NCBI GenBank assembly: GCA_047633475.1 | Contig: JBLIEY010000001.1 | Coordinates: 2,257 to 66,256, forward strand | Length of the DNA stretch: 64,000 nucleotides | Origin: Sulfurimonas sp. | Lineage (GTDB): Bacteria; Campylobacterota; Campylobacteria; Campylobacterales; Sulfurimonadaceae | Direction: 5' to 3' | In this document: positions 8,788-18,893 of the stretch, piece after piece | How the letters are laid out: each line of letters begins with the position of its first letter | Position numbering within the stretch: the stretch's first letter is position 1 | Position numbers and translations under genes: made by a program | The notes under the pieces: generated by a model | What the model was told of the DNA's origin: nothing | Databases searched by the model: none | What the model saw: only the letters and a program-made list of their open reading frames with translations

Positions 8788-10194
8788 TTGAAAAAAATTT
8801 TAATAATTAGTGATGGCGAAGCCGGTGAACATTTTATACGAAGAGTGGTAGAGACTTATACTAGTGAAAATATTTACTATGTAGTTGAGTTGAAAGCTAA
8901 AAAGTATGAAGATGTGAATCCTGCTCGTTTTAAATTTTATGAATTTGACCCAACAAGTTTTTATAAACTCTCCAACCTTCTTAAAATGGAGTTTGTTCAA
9001 GTTGTTGTTGTTATGGATAATCAGTTAGATACTGAGAATACGATTAAAAATATAAAACTTGTTAAGCCTAATATTCGTGTTATCGTTTTAAATCAATGGA
9101 ATATGCAAAACGAAGACTCAAATGTACTTCTAGTAAATTCTAATAAAATTTTAGCTTCAAGACTTTTAGATTATCTACCAAATGTCCCTGTTATTGCTCA
9201 AAATGTAGGAATGGGAGAGGGTGAAATAATGGAAGTTTTAGTTCCATTTGGAAGTTCTTTTGTCTACCGACATATAGGTGTTATTGAGCAAAAAAATTGG
9301 CGAATAGTTGCTATATATAGAAATAAAAAACTTCTAATGCCTTCTCGTAGAAGAATGATACAGCCAAATGATTTGCTTGTTTTGGTTGGTGAGCCAGCGG
9401 TTTTAAAATCAGTATATCGTGCTATTAAAAGAGAACTTGGACAATTTCCAGAACCGTTTGGTTCAAATATTTTCCTTTATGTTGATATGAATATGGTTGA
9501 TAGGTCAACTATAAAAGAGTTAATTCGAAGAGCTGTTTTTGCACACAAGAAATTCAAGCATAATCTCGTCATTAAAGTTGTAAATCCAAGTGATATTGAC
9601 ACTCTTCAATATGTAAAAGACTTAAGAAGTGAAAATGTTCTGGTCGATATCGAATATAAATCAACTGATTTACAAAATACTTTTTTTAATGATATTAAAG
9701 TTTATCACGTTGGTTTAGTAATCGTATCTGCTGAAATGTTTGCAAATAATTCAATGAGAAAAACTTTATATGAGTCTCATGTTCCTGTGTTGAAATTATC
9801 TGATAGATCTTTTTCAAGCGTAAAAGATGCAGTAATCATCTTAAGTGATAATCGTGATTTAGAAAAAATTTCTGCTACTATATTTGATATATCTGAGCAG
9901 ATGGGATTCAACTTAGAAATATATAATTACTTAAATGAACATCAAGACGCTAAAGAGCAGATTATAGAACATTATAATAATCTTGCAACCATATTCTCAA
10001 AAACTATTAAAGTTATAAAAGAAAATGAAAATCCAATAACAATTCTTAGAAAAAAAGACAATTTTATTCATATTATTCCATTCACTTATAAACTAACAAA
10101 AAGAAGAATCTACTCTCTTTTTTCAACAGACAGTGAAAAACTTTATTATAAGCTTGATAATTATCATCAAATCTTCATTCCTATACAGTTGTAA
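8788..10194 (+). CDS. TrkA/RCK C-terminal domain protein (COG3400-like)
   Basis: GEGEIMEVLVPFGSSFVYRHI...IQPNDLLVLVGEP RCK-C-like segment; sits upstream of aroB as in other Campylobacterota. Confidence 0.7.
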   Translation: MKKILIISDGEAGEHFIRRVVETYTSENIYYVVELKAKKYEDVNPARFKFYEFDPTSFYKLSNLLKMEFVQVVVVMDNQLDTENTIKNIKLVKPNIRVIVLNQWNMQNEDSNVLLVNSNKILASRLLDYLPNVPVIAQNVGMGEGEIMEVLVPFGSSFVYRHIGVIEQKNWRIVAIYRNKKLLMPSRRRMIQPNDLLVLVGEPAVLKSVYRAIKRELGQFPEPFGSNIFLYVDMNMVDRSTIKELIRRAVFAHKKFKHNLVIKVVNPSDIDTLQYVKDLRSENVLVDIEYKSTDLQNTFFNDIKVYHVGLVIVSAEMFANNSMRKTLYESHVPVLKLSDRSFSSVKDAVIILSDNRDLEKISATIFDISEQMGFNLEIYNYLNEHQDAKEQIIEHYNNLATIFSKTIKVIKENENPITILRKKDNFIHIIPFTYKLTKRRIYSLFSTDSEKLYYKLDNYHQIFIPIQL

Positions 10195-10271
10195 GAATTT
10201 GTTTTAGGCTTTTTTTAGGCTTTTTTAAGTATTATATATCCATATATTTAATTAAAAATTTTGGATAAATA

Positions 10272-11321
10272 ATGCAAATAAACATCCCTCTTAAAAAAGT
10301 TGTAGACAACTCATACGATATAATAATTGATACACTTTCTAAAACACATTTTGATACGAAAGTAGCAATTGTAACAAACCCAAAAGTTGCTGGTTTACAT
10401 CTGTCATACCTACTAAGTAAAATAAGCGCAAAAGAACTTTACATTATTACAGTACCAGATGGAGAAGAATATAAAAATCAACAAAGTATAGACACTATTT
10501 TAGAATCACTATTTAATCATCATTTTAACCGTAAGTCTATGCTTATAGCTTTTGGTGGTGGTGTTATTGGTGATATGACGGGTTTTGCTGCTAGCATCTA
10601 TCAAAGAGGAATTGATTTTGTGCAAGTTCCTACTACTCTTCTTTCTCAAGTAGATGCAAGCGTTGGTGGAAAAACAGGAATGAATAATTCTTATGGTAAA
10701 AACCTTATAGGAGCTTTCCATCAGCCTAAAACAGTTTATATTGATCCTTATTTTTTAACTACACTTGCTTCTCGTGAATTTGCTGCAGGTGTTGCAGAAA
10801 TTGTAAAAATGGCTGTAACTTTTAATAAAGAGTTTTTTGAGTTTTTAGAGAAAGCCGATTTGAATAATTCAGAAGTTTTACAAGAAGCTATAAAAAAAGC
10901 TGTGCAAACAAAAGCTAATGTAGTAGAAAAAGATGAAAAAGAGCATGGTATAAGAGCAGCGCTAAACTATGGACACACTTTTGGGCATGTCATAGAAAAT
11001 GAAACAAAATATAAAAAATACTTGCACGGTGAAGCTGTTTCAATAGGTATGGTTATGGCAAATGAAACAGCTGTAAATTTGGGGTTGATGAGTAAAGAAG
11101 AGGCTGCTAGAATTAAAAATCTTTTAGAAAACTATGACTTACCAACAACATATAATGTAGAAAATGCAAATACATTCTATGAAACTTTCTTTTTAGATAA
11201 AAAAAGTTCAGATACCAATATAACGTTTATTCTGCCTAATGGCATTGGTGATGTGAGCATAACAGATAATATAGATTCTAAGGTTATTCTCTCTGTATTA
11301 GACAAGTTCGGAGATTTATAA
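10272..11321 (+). CDS. aroB: 3-dehydroquinate synthase
   Basis: GGGVIGD, PTTLLSQVDASVGGKTG and LNYGHTFGH motifs. Confidence 0.96.
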   Translation: MQINIPLKKVVDNSYDIIIDTLSKTHFDTKVAIVTNPKVAGLHLSYLLSKISAKELYIITVPDGEEYKNQQSIDTILESLFNHHFNRKSMLIAFGGGVIGDMTGFAASIYQRGIDFVQVPTTLLSQVDASVGGKTGMNNSYGKNLIGAFHQPKTVYIDPYFLTTLASREFAAGVAEIVKMAVTFNKEFFEFLEKADLNNSEVLQEAIKKAVQTKANVVEKDEKEHGIRAALNYGHTFGHVIENETKYKKYLHGEAVSIGMVMANETAVNLGLMSKEEAARIKNLLENYDLPTTYNVENANTFYETFFLDKKSSDTNITFILPNGIGDVSITDNIDSKVILSVLDKFGDL

Positions 11322-12977
11322 ATGCGAATAATATTTTTTCTATTTTTATTACTTGCTTCTACTTCTTACGCTCAAGTCAATGAAACTTCTAAAGTTAATA
11401 GTAATAAAGCTCTTAGTATTGAAAAACTAGGTATTCTAGAAATTCAAAAAGAAGAGCAAAGAGTTAAGAGTATTACTAACTATTTACAAATGATAAAAAA
11501 ACTTGACGATGAGATAGCTAAAGAGAAAGTGTGGACTAAGAGTTATGCTTCGTATTTGACTTCACTTGAAGTTAGAGATGCTCTCCAAACAATTAAAAAA
11601 CGTATAAAATATCTTCAAAATAAAAGAAAAAAAACTTTAAGTCAACAAGATGAGCTTTCTGCATTAATTTCTAAAGAAAAAATTTTAGCTTCACAAATTG
11701 AAAAATTAAAAGAAAAAGACAGTGCTCCATTTTCGAAAATAATTACTCCATCTAATATTGAAGAAAAGGTGAGTATTACTAATCCCTTTGATATATTTAC
11801 TGGTATTTCTCTTATAAAAACACTAGATTCTGACTTTACTGATTACATAAAAAGAAAAGATGAATTAACCGATCTAATTTCTATTTTGCTAAAAGAAAAT
11901 AATATTTATAAGGAAATAGCTCCTCTTGATATAAACAAAGAATATGTTGAACATGCAAAATTAAAGGCTAAAGAGTTAGAGATATTTTCAACTGCTTTAG
12001 ACACGATGGATGTAACATCTGAAGTGTATCAAAAAAGACTAGAGATTCTAGAGATTAATGTAAATAAAGATATAGAAGTTCAAGTAATTAAACTTGGAAA
12101 AATTGGTGTAGTTGTTCTTGTTGTATTTTTTATATTTTTTATTCTTAAACTATTTGTTAAAAAATATATCACCGATAATGAACGATTTTATATGGCTAAT
12201 AAAATCATTAACTTTATAAACTTTAATATAATTATCTTTATTCTATTTTTTAACTATATACAAAACGCAAGTTATCTTGTTACCATTCTAGGTTTTGCAT
12301 CTGCGGGTATTGCCATCGCAATGAAAGATTGGTTTATGAGTATTTTAGGTTGGCTTGTTGTAGTTGTTGGAGGAAGTATTCATGTCGGTGATAGAATTAG
12401 AGTTGATATGGATGGGATGAAGTATGTTGGAGATGTTATGGATATATCACTTCTTCGTATGACACTTCTTGAAGACATTACTTTAACAGCAGTTACAGAA
12501 AATAGAAGAGCTGGAAGAATAATATTTGTACCAAACAATTATGTTTTTACAAATATGATTGCAAACTATACACATAGTTCTTTGAAAACAGTTTGGGATG
12601 GTGTTGCAATTACAATATCATTTGATTCAAACCACAAAAAAGCAATGCATTTAGCTAAAGAGATAGTTAAAAAGTATTCTAAAGGTTATACTGATATTAC
12701 AAGAAAACAGTTAAATAAACTTAGAAGTCAATATAGTCTTAAAAATACAAATGTTGAACCAAGAATTTTTTCTTTTATTGAGCCTAATGGTGTTTGCATT
12801 GACTCTTGGTATTTAACAAATGCGTATGCTACATTGACTTTAAGAAGTGTAATATCTGTAGAGATAGTTGAAGCTTTTAACAAAGAAGATGACATTACAA
12901 TTGCATATCCTACTCAAAGATTACATATTCAAACGGAGAGAAATTTACCTCCTTTTGATACTAGTGAGGTAATATAA
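11322..12977 (+). CDS. Mechanosensitive ion channel (MscS family) with large N-terminal periplasmic helical region
   Basis: GFASAGIAIAMKD, GDRI, IFVPNNYVFTNMIANY and IAYPTQ MscS motifs. Confidence 0.88.
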   Translation: MRIIFFLFLLLASTSYAQVNETSKVNSNKALSIEKLGILEIQKEEQRVKSITNYLQMIKKLDDEIAKEKVWTKSYASYLTSLEVRDALQTIKKRIKYLQNKRKKTLSQQDELSALISKEKILASQIEKLKEKDSAPFSKIITPSNIEEKVSITNPFDIFTGISLIKTLDSDFTDYIKRKDELTDLISILLKENNIYKEIAPLDINKEYVEHAKLKAKELEIFSTALDTMDVTSEVYQKRLEILEINVNKDIEVQVIKLGKIGVVVLVVFFIFFILKLFVKKYITDNERFYMANKIINFINFNIIIFILFFNYIQNASYLVTILGFASAGIAIAMKDWFMSILGWLVVVVGGSIHVGDRIRVDMDGMKYVGDVMDISLLRMTLLEDITLTAVTENRRAGRIIFVPNNYVFTNMIANYTHSSLKTVWDGVAITISFDSNHKKAMHLAKEIVKKYSKGYTDITRKQLNKLRSQYSLKNTNVEPRIFSFIEPNGVCIDSWYLTNAYATLTLRSVISVEIVEAFNKEDDITIAYPTQRLHIQTERNLPPFDTSEVI

Positions 12978-14222
12978 GTGAAGAAAGTATATTTTAAAAC
13001 TTTTGGTTGTAGAACAAACCTTTATGACTCTCAGGTAATGATGGGTGCTTTAAAAGATTATGAGATTACACAAAATGAATCAGAAGCAGATGCTGTTGTT
13101 ATAAACTCATGCACAGTTACAAATGGAGCTGACTCTCACGTTCGTTCATATTTGTCTCATGTAGAAAAAACAATGAAGGCAAAAGTCTTTTTAACAGGAT
13201 GTGGTGCTCATACAAAAGGTGAAAGTCTACTTGCATCTGGAAGAGTTCATGGTGTCTTTGGTCAAAGTGAAAAGTTAAAAATAGACACTCTTTTATCCCA
13301 AGAAAAACCTTTTTATGATCCAGGTGATTTAAATCATATAGATGAAGCAGTAGTCGATGATTTTGTTGGTAAAAGTAGAGCGTTTATAAAGATTCAAGAA
13401 GGTTGTAACTTTCGTTGTTCATACTGTATTATCCCCTTCGTAAGAGGAGATGCTAGAAGTATGGATGAGGGCAGGATACTTGAACAAATAAGTAGACTTG
13501 CATTAAATGGCTTTGGAGAGTTTATACTAACTGGAACTAATGTTGGAAGTTACGGACAAAAAACTGGAACTTCTGTTGCAAAACTTATGAAGAAAATCTC
13601 ACAAATTCGTGGTGTTAGACGTATTAGGCTTGGAAGTGTCGAACCAATACAAATAGGGGATGAATTTTTAGAGATACTTGATGAGCCTTGGCTTGAAAAA
13701 CATCTTCACATTGCCCTTCAACACACTTCCCCAGAGATGCTACGTATTATGAACCGAAGAAATGTATACAAAAAAGATAGAGAGTTATTTGATTTATTGG
13801 CATCAAAGGGTTTTGCAATAGGTACTGATTTTATTACAGGACATCCTGGTGAGAGTTCAAAACTTTGGGCTGAGGCTATGGTAAATGCAAGTAATTTGCC
13901 ACTTACACATTTGCATGCTTTCACATATTCAAAACGTGATGGAACGCCATCAGCAACATTAAAACCAGAAGTGAATGGTTCACTAGCAAAAGAACGTTTA
14001 CACGAATTGGAATCACTTATCAAGAAAAAGAATTTAGAATTTAGAACTTCTTTTAATGGTGAACTAGAAGTTTTAATAGAGAGTAAAAAAGATTCTTTAT
14101 ATGTTGGACATGACCAGCATTTCAACAAGATTGTAATAGAGTCAGATGAAGATTTACTTGGAAACTGGATAAATGTAAAAAATTATGAAGTTAGAGGAGA
14201 ATTCAATTATGCTAAATTCTAA
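12978..14222 (+). CDS. mtaB: tRNA t6A37 methylthiotransferase MtaB (radical SAM)
   Basis: KTFGCRTN, INSCTVT and CNFRCSYCIIP radical-SAM motif; MtaB-type HLHIALQH. Confidence 0.9.
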   Translation: MKKVYFKTFGCRTNLYDSQVMMGALKDYEITQNESEADAVVINSCTVTNGADSHVRSYLSHVEKTMKAKVFLTGCGAHTKGESLLASGRVHGVFGQSEKLKIDTLLSQEKPFYDPGDLNHIDEAVVDDFVGKSRAFIKIQEGCNFRCSYCIIPFVRGDARSMDEGRILEQISRLALNGFGEFILTGTNVGSYGQKTGTSVAKLMKKISQIRGVRRIRLGSVEPIQIGDEFLEILDEPWLEKHLHIALQHTSPEMLRIMNRRNVYKKDRELFDLLASKGFAIGTDFITGHPGESSKLWAEAMVNASNLPLTHLHAFTYSKRDGTPSATLKPEVNGSLAKERLHELESLIKKKNLEFRTSFNGELEVLIESKKDSLYVGHDQHFNKIVIESDEDLLGNWINVKNYEVRGEFNYAKF

Positions 14223-15852
14223 GATTAACAGACTTCTATTATATATTTCGAGCTTTATTATAATAGCTTTAGTTTTGTTTGCGATACTAAGGGACAATGC
14301 ATCTGAGATTACATTACGTGATTCACAATTAATACTTGACAACCACACAGTTAAAAATGTGACAATTACAAAAGATTATGTGTATTTAAAAACTGATAAT
14401 GAGTTTTATAAGATTGCATCTTCTCAAGTTACACCTAAGATGTTTGTTGATTATAAAGTGGAAGTAGATTCTGGGTCTAGTCTCCTTGTTTACTTATTAT
14501 TTATAATTTTATTTTTAGGACTTGGAACTCTTTTTATTAGATGGTGGCAAAAACGTTCACCTTTAGTTGAGGGAGGTGGGGCACAAGCCGCTTCTAGAGT
14601 AGAGATGAATGTAAGCAGTCCAGTAGAAGCTATAAAAAGTGATGTTAAGTTTAGTGATATTGGTGGAATAAGTGATGTTAAAATTGAACTTGAAGAGATT
14701 ATAGACTTTATAAAAAATCCAAAACGATACAAAAGTTTTGGAGCAAGAATGCCGCGTGGGGTTCTCTTAGTTGGTCCTCCAGGAGTTGGTAAAACAATGA
14801 TTGCAAAAGCAGTAGCACATGAGGCTGGAGTTCCATTTTTTTATCAAAGTGGTGCTTCTTTTGTTCAGATATACGTTGGTATGGGAGCCAAAAGAGTTCA
14901 TGAACTCTTTAGTGCTGCTAAAAATAACTCACCATCCATCATTTTTATAGATGAAATAGATGCTGTTGGTAAAACAAGAGATGGCCAAAGAAATGATGAA
15001 CGTGAAGCTACTTTAAACCAACTTTTAACAGAGATGGATGGGTTTGAGAGTCAAAGTGGTGTTATAGTTGTAGCTGCAACAAATAAAATAGATGTACTTG
15101 ATTCTGCTTTACTCCGTGCAGGAAGGTTTGATAGAAGAGTATTTGTAGAACTTCCAACAAAAAAAGAAAGAGCCTCTATCTTAAAAAAATATTTAGATAA
15201 AGTACCACATGAGTTAGATGTTATGGCAGTTGCAAATATGACCGTAGCTTTTAATGGTGCATCTCTTGCTGCTCTTGTAAATGAAGCAGCACTCCTTGCT
15301 CTTAGACAAAAAGACTTTCATGTAACGATTGAACACTTTCATCAGGTCAAAGATAAAGTAATGTTTGGTAAAAAGAAACTTCAGATATTAAGTGATGAGC
15401 AAAAAGAGTATAGGGTGACTTATCAAGCTGCAAAAGCTATTACAGCTACTTATTTCAACCTTCCTTTTGAAAAGCTAATGCTTTCCAATGAAAAGCTAAC
15501 TCCAAACATTGACGAGCCCCTCATTAAACATGAGTTAGAGTCAAGAGTTAAGGTTCATTTATCTGGAGTAGTGGCATCTGAAATGAGGTTTGGTGAACAT
15601 TCAAGTAGTGCTAAAGTTGACTTAGATCAGGCAAAAGAACTTGTTGATAAAATGCTTGAAGAATATGGTATGGGTTTATCTCTTATCTCTAAAGCTCAAG
15701 AGAGAGAAGTTCTTATGAATAGACTTTATAATGAAACAAAGATACTTCTGGAGTCTATGCAAGATGTTATGCACTCAATAGAGAGTGTACTAAATGAAAG
15801 AGAAAGCATTACTAAAGTCGATGTTCAAAAAGCGATAGATGCTGTTCTTTAG
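14209..15852 (+). CDS. FtsH-like membrane AAA+ ATPase lacking the HExxH protease motif
   Basis: Two TM helices, Walker A GPPGVGKT, Walker [24 protein letters not shown] stands where FtsH has HEAGH. The start is reassigned to ATG 14209 behind the GAGGAG RBS. Confidence 0.88.
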   Translation: MLNSKINRLLLYISSFIIIALVLFAILRDNASEITLRDSQLILDNHTVKNVTITKDYVYLKTDNEFYKIASSQVTPKMFVDYKVEVDSGSSLLVYLLFIILFLGLGTLFIRWWQKRSPLVEGGGAQAASRVEMNVSSPVEAIKSDVKFSDIGGISDVKIELEEIIDFIKNPKRYKSFGARMPRGVLLVGPPGVGKTMIAKAVAHEAGVPFFYQSGASFVQIYVGMGAKRVHELFSAAKNNSPSIIFIDEIDAVGKTRDGQRNDEREATLNQLLTEMDGFESQSGVIVVAATNKIDVLDSALLRAGRFDRRVFVELPTKKERASILKKYLDKVPHELDVMAVANMTVAFNGASLAALVNEAALLALRQKDFHVTIEHFHQVKDKVMFGKKKLQILSDEQKEYRVTYQAAKAITATYFNLPFEKLMLSNEKLTPNIDEPLIKHELESRVKVHLSGVVASEMRFGEHSSSAKVDLDQAKELVDKMLEEYGMGLSLISKAQEREVLMNRLYNETKILLESMQDVMHSIESVLNERESITKVDVQKAIDAVL

Positions 15853-16360
15853 CGGATTTTCTTTAACAAAAGAAGAATATCTTCTTGAAGAGTTCTTAAA
15901 TAAATCTGATTATTGTATATCGGGATTTAGTTATGGTGCTATTAAAGCTTTTAATAAAGTGAAAGAAAAAATAGCTTCAGGAAAAAGAGTTGACACACTG
16001 CAATTGATTTCTCCAGCTTTTTTTCAAACAAAGTCTTTAAAGTTTAAAAGACTACAGATGCTGTCTTTTTCTAAAAGTGATGTTCTATACATAAAACAAT
16101 TTATATCTTTATGCTTTGATCCTTATGAAACAAAAATAGTACAAAACAAAGAAAGTACGGACAAAGAACTTGATGAATTACTTAATTATGAGTGGGACTT
16201 AGAAAAGTTACAAGAGCTCGTAAACAAAGGTATTAAGATAGAAGTTTATCTTGGAGAAAAAGATAAAATTATAGATGTAGAAGGTGCTAGGGAGTTTTTT
16301 TTACAAGTTGCAACTGTGACTTATGTAAAAGAAGCAAATCATTTTTTGCAAATAAACTAA
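15839..16360 (+). CDS. bioV: Pimeloyl-ACP methyl ester esterase BioV-type
   Basis: FSGFSL N-terminus, GFSYG nucleophile motif, LQLISPAFF, C-terminal NH; follows the ftsH-like gene as in Helicobacter. Confidence 0.8.
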   Translation: MLFFSGFSLTKEEYLLEEFLNKSDYCISGFSYGAIKAFNKVKEKIASGKRVDTLQLISPAFFQTKSLKFKRLQMLSFSKSDVLYIKQFISLCFDPYETKIVQNKESTDKELDELLNYEWDLEKLQELVNKGIKIEVYLGEKDKIIDVEGAREFFLQVATVTYVKEANHFLQIN

Positions 16361-16378
16361 TATATAAAAGGAAATAAT

Positions 16379-16912
16379 ATGAGCGAAATAAAAATAGGTG
16401 TAATAACAGCCAGTGACAGAGCAAGTAAAGGTATTTATGAAGACATCTCAGGTGTAGCTATTCAAGATACAATGAAAGATTACTTAACTAGTGAGTTTGA
16501 GATAGTTTATCGATGTATACCTGATGAGCAAGATGTTCTTGAAAATACTATGAAAGAGCTTTGTGACGAAGCCGGGTGTTGTTTAGTTGTTACAACGGGC
16601 GGAACTGGTCCAGCACTTAGAGATGTTACTCCTGAAGCGACTGAGAATGTATGTGAGAAGATGATGCCTGGTTTTGGAGAGCTTATGCGTCAAGTAAGCT
16701 TAAAGTATGTTCCAACAGCTATTCTTTCTCGTCAAACTGCAGGAATACGAGGTAAATCTTTAATCATAAATTTACCAGGAAAACCAAAGTCAATTCGTGA
16801 ATGCTTAGATGCAGTTTTTCCTGCTGTTCCATACTGCATAGATTTACTTGAAGGTCCATTTATTCAAACTAATGAAGAAGTTATAAAAGCATTTAGACCA
16901 AAAGCTAAATAA
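16379..16912 (+). CDS. mog: Molybdopterin adenylyltransferase
   Basis: TASDRAS, TTGGTGPALRDVTPEA and NLPGKPKSIRECL motifs. Confidence 0.93.
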   Translation: MSEIKIGVITASDRASKGIYEDISGVAIQDTMKDYLTSEFEIVYRCIPDEQDVLENTMKELCDEAGCCLVVTTGGTGPALRDVTPEATENVCEKMMPGFGELMRQVSLKYVPTAILSRQTAGIRGKSLIINLPGKPKSIRECLDAVFPAVPYCIDLLEGPFIQTNEEVIKAFRPKAK

Positions 16913-16915
16913 ATA

Positions 16916-17692
16916 TTATATAGAGATTCTAATCCCAATAGGGCAGTGATCTGAGCCTTCTATATAGTCTAGTATAAAAGCATCTTCAAGATTTTCACAT
17001 AAATCTTCGGAGATGAAAAAGTAGTCTATTCTCCAACCTACATTTTTTAGTCTTGCACTTGAACGGTATGACCACCAACTGTATCTGTCTATTTCATCTC
17101 CGTTTACATATCTAAAAGTATCTATATAACCATGGTCAACTAGCTTGTCCATCCACTCTCTCTCCATAGGAAGAAAACCAGATTTTTTAGAATTTGCTTT
17201 TGGATTTTTAAGGTCTATTTCTTTGTGCGCAGTATTCACATCACCACAAATAATAATTGACTTACCCTCTTCTCGCAGTTTCTCACAATAACTTAAAAAG
17301 TCATCATAGAACTTCATTTTTACAGCAAGTCTCTCTTCATCTTTTTGACCATTTGGAAAATACACATTAAAAAGAACTATATCCTCGTAGTGAGTCTCAA
17401 CTATTCTGCCCTCACTCATTGTATCAATATCAAGACAGGTTGAATTGTAATTATTTTCAAGAGTACTCCAAGTCATAGTACCACTATAACCTTTTTTAGT
17501 TGCAGAGTTTACGATAATATCTTGATATTTTTTGTCAAACAAATCTTGGGGTATTTGTTCTTGTAAGGCTTTAATTTCTTGTAAGCATAAGATATCAGGT
17601 TCACGTTCATCTATCCATTTTAATGCTTCTTTATTTCCTACCGCACGAATACCATTTACGTTCCATGATATAATTTCTATAGAACTACTCAT
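16916..17692 (-). CDS. xth: Exodeoxyribonuclease III / AP endonuclease
   Basis: SWNVNGIRA, LCLQE, YFPNG, GDVNTAH, GWRIDYF and SDHCP motifs. Confidence 0.95.
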   Translation of the reverse strand: MSSSIEIISWNVNGIRAVGNKEALKWIDEREPDILCLQEIKALQEQIPQDLFDKKYQDIIVNSATKKGYSGTMTWSTLENNYNSTCLDIDTMSEGRIVETHYEDIVLFNVYFPNGQKDEERLAVKMKFYDDFLSYCEKLREEGKSIIICGDVNTAHKEIDLKNPKANSKKSGFLPMEREWMDKLVDHGYIDTFRYVNGDEIDRYSWWSYRSSARLKNVGWRIDYFFISEDLCENLEDAFILDYIEGSDHCPIGIRISI

Positions 17693-17695
17693 AGA

Positions 17696-18751
17696 TTAAC
17701 CTAAAAAAGATAGTTTTACTTTATGTTTACTAAACTCTTTTTTACCTTGAAGTAATTGCAAAAATTCTGCTTTGGTAACTACTGGTAGTGCTATGTCTCT
17801 ACCAACTACTTTTTCAATAGTTTTTTGCATACCATCAAAAATTGATAAATCATCTTCATCATTTACTATTAGAAAATCTGCATTATTATCTTTAGCTTCT
17901 AATAGTATATTTCCTGCTATAAGATGTATTAGTTTTTTATTTGTACCGAAATTAGGCATTGCAAAGTTTTTAGACTCAAGTTCTACATAATTTGCTTTGC
18001 TCCCAATTATAATACTTTCAAAAGAATCGTCACCTAAAGAGTTATAGCAAGCTATATTGAAATTATCAAAGTACTGCTGTGTATCATCGCTTAAATCATG
18101 GTTTTCGTATTGTTTGTAAGCGTAAATTATATTGTTTATTTCACAATAGTCCTTAGAGAGTTGAGAAATAGTATATTCACTATTTGTATGGTCTAAAACT
18201 CTATTTTCAAGAGATGTGTGGTTTTGTATACCATCGTCTTTATCAGCAATTGTCTGAAAAATTTTATTTTTATTTTCTGTTTGGGACTTAATAATGTCTG
18301 ACGCTAAAAGTAAAATATGATCACCAATATAATCTCTGTTAAAGTGTAGTGTATTTGAAGCATAATATTCTAAAAGATATTTTTTGTCTTTAATTAAACT
18401 TTCTATCTCACTTTCCCCCAAAAAAGCACTTAAAATATAAAATTTAAGTTTATAGTCTTCTATATCTATAATTAAATCATTTTTTGCTCTTAGGATACTA
18501 ATGGGCTCTATTAATAACTCTTGGTTTGTCTTTGTAATAAACTCACTTACTAGTGCTGTTATTGGTGTAAATATATTGTTTACTCTAACATAAAACTTCT
18601 CTTCATCAAGAAAAGAAAATTTTTCTATATCGTTAATTTTTTTTAAAAGATCAGCGATTGTGTCGCTTTGAATACTTTTTATTTTATAGTTTTTATAATA
18701 GGGTAAGTAGTCTGTTTTACTGTCAAATTTAAAAAGTTTAATCTCTAGCAT
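17696..18751 (-). CDS. Hypothetical protein: cysteine-depleted SdhB-N-terminal / SdhE(CCG)-C-terminal chimera
   Basis: N-terminus aligns by eye with the neighbouring SdhB (DYLPYY, IEPIS..RAKNDLIID) and C-terminus with the neighbouring SdhE (FNIA, NAD, GRDIALPV). Only 2 Cys in total. Confidence 0.75.
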   Translation of the reverse strand: MLEIKLFKFDSKTDYLPYYKNYKIKSIQSDTIADLLKKINDIEKFSFLDEEKFYVRVNNIFTPITALVSEFITKTNQELLIEPISILRAKNDLIIDIEDYKLKFYILSAFLGESEIESLIKDKKYLLEYYASNTLHFNRDYIGDHILLLASDIIKSQTENKNKIFQTIADKDDGIQNHTSLENRVLDHTNSEYTISQLSKDYCEINNIIYAYKQYENHDLSDDTQQYFDNFNIACYNSLGDDSFESIIIGSKANYVELESKNFAMPNFGTNKKLIHLIAGNILLEAKDNNADFLIVNDEDDLSIFDGMQKTIEKVVGRDIALPVVTKAEFLQLLQGKKEFSKHKVKLSFLG

Positions 18752-18893
18752 CTGTTTACTCCAAGTGTTTTTTATTATATTCTACAATTTTATTAATTTC
18801 TTTTGCCTTTAATGAGATAGTTTAGCTATATAAAAGACTGACTGTTACAATGGGGTAAAACATTACTCCAAAGTTTTACTTTTAAGTAGTGTC

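Noticed and set aside
10201-10226. Short tandem repeat TTTTAGGCTTT x2 upstream of aroB
   Set aside because: It fits the ~10-11-bp periodic T-tract signal known upstream of Campylobacterota sigma70 promoters and is low complexity.
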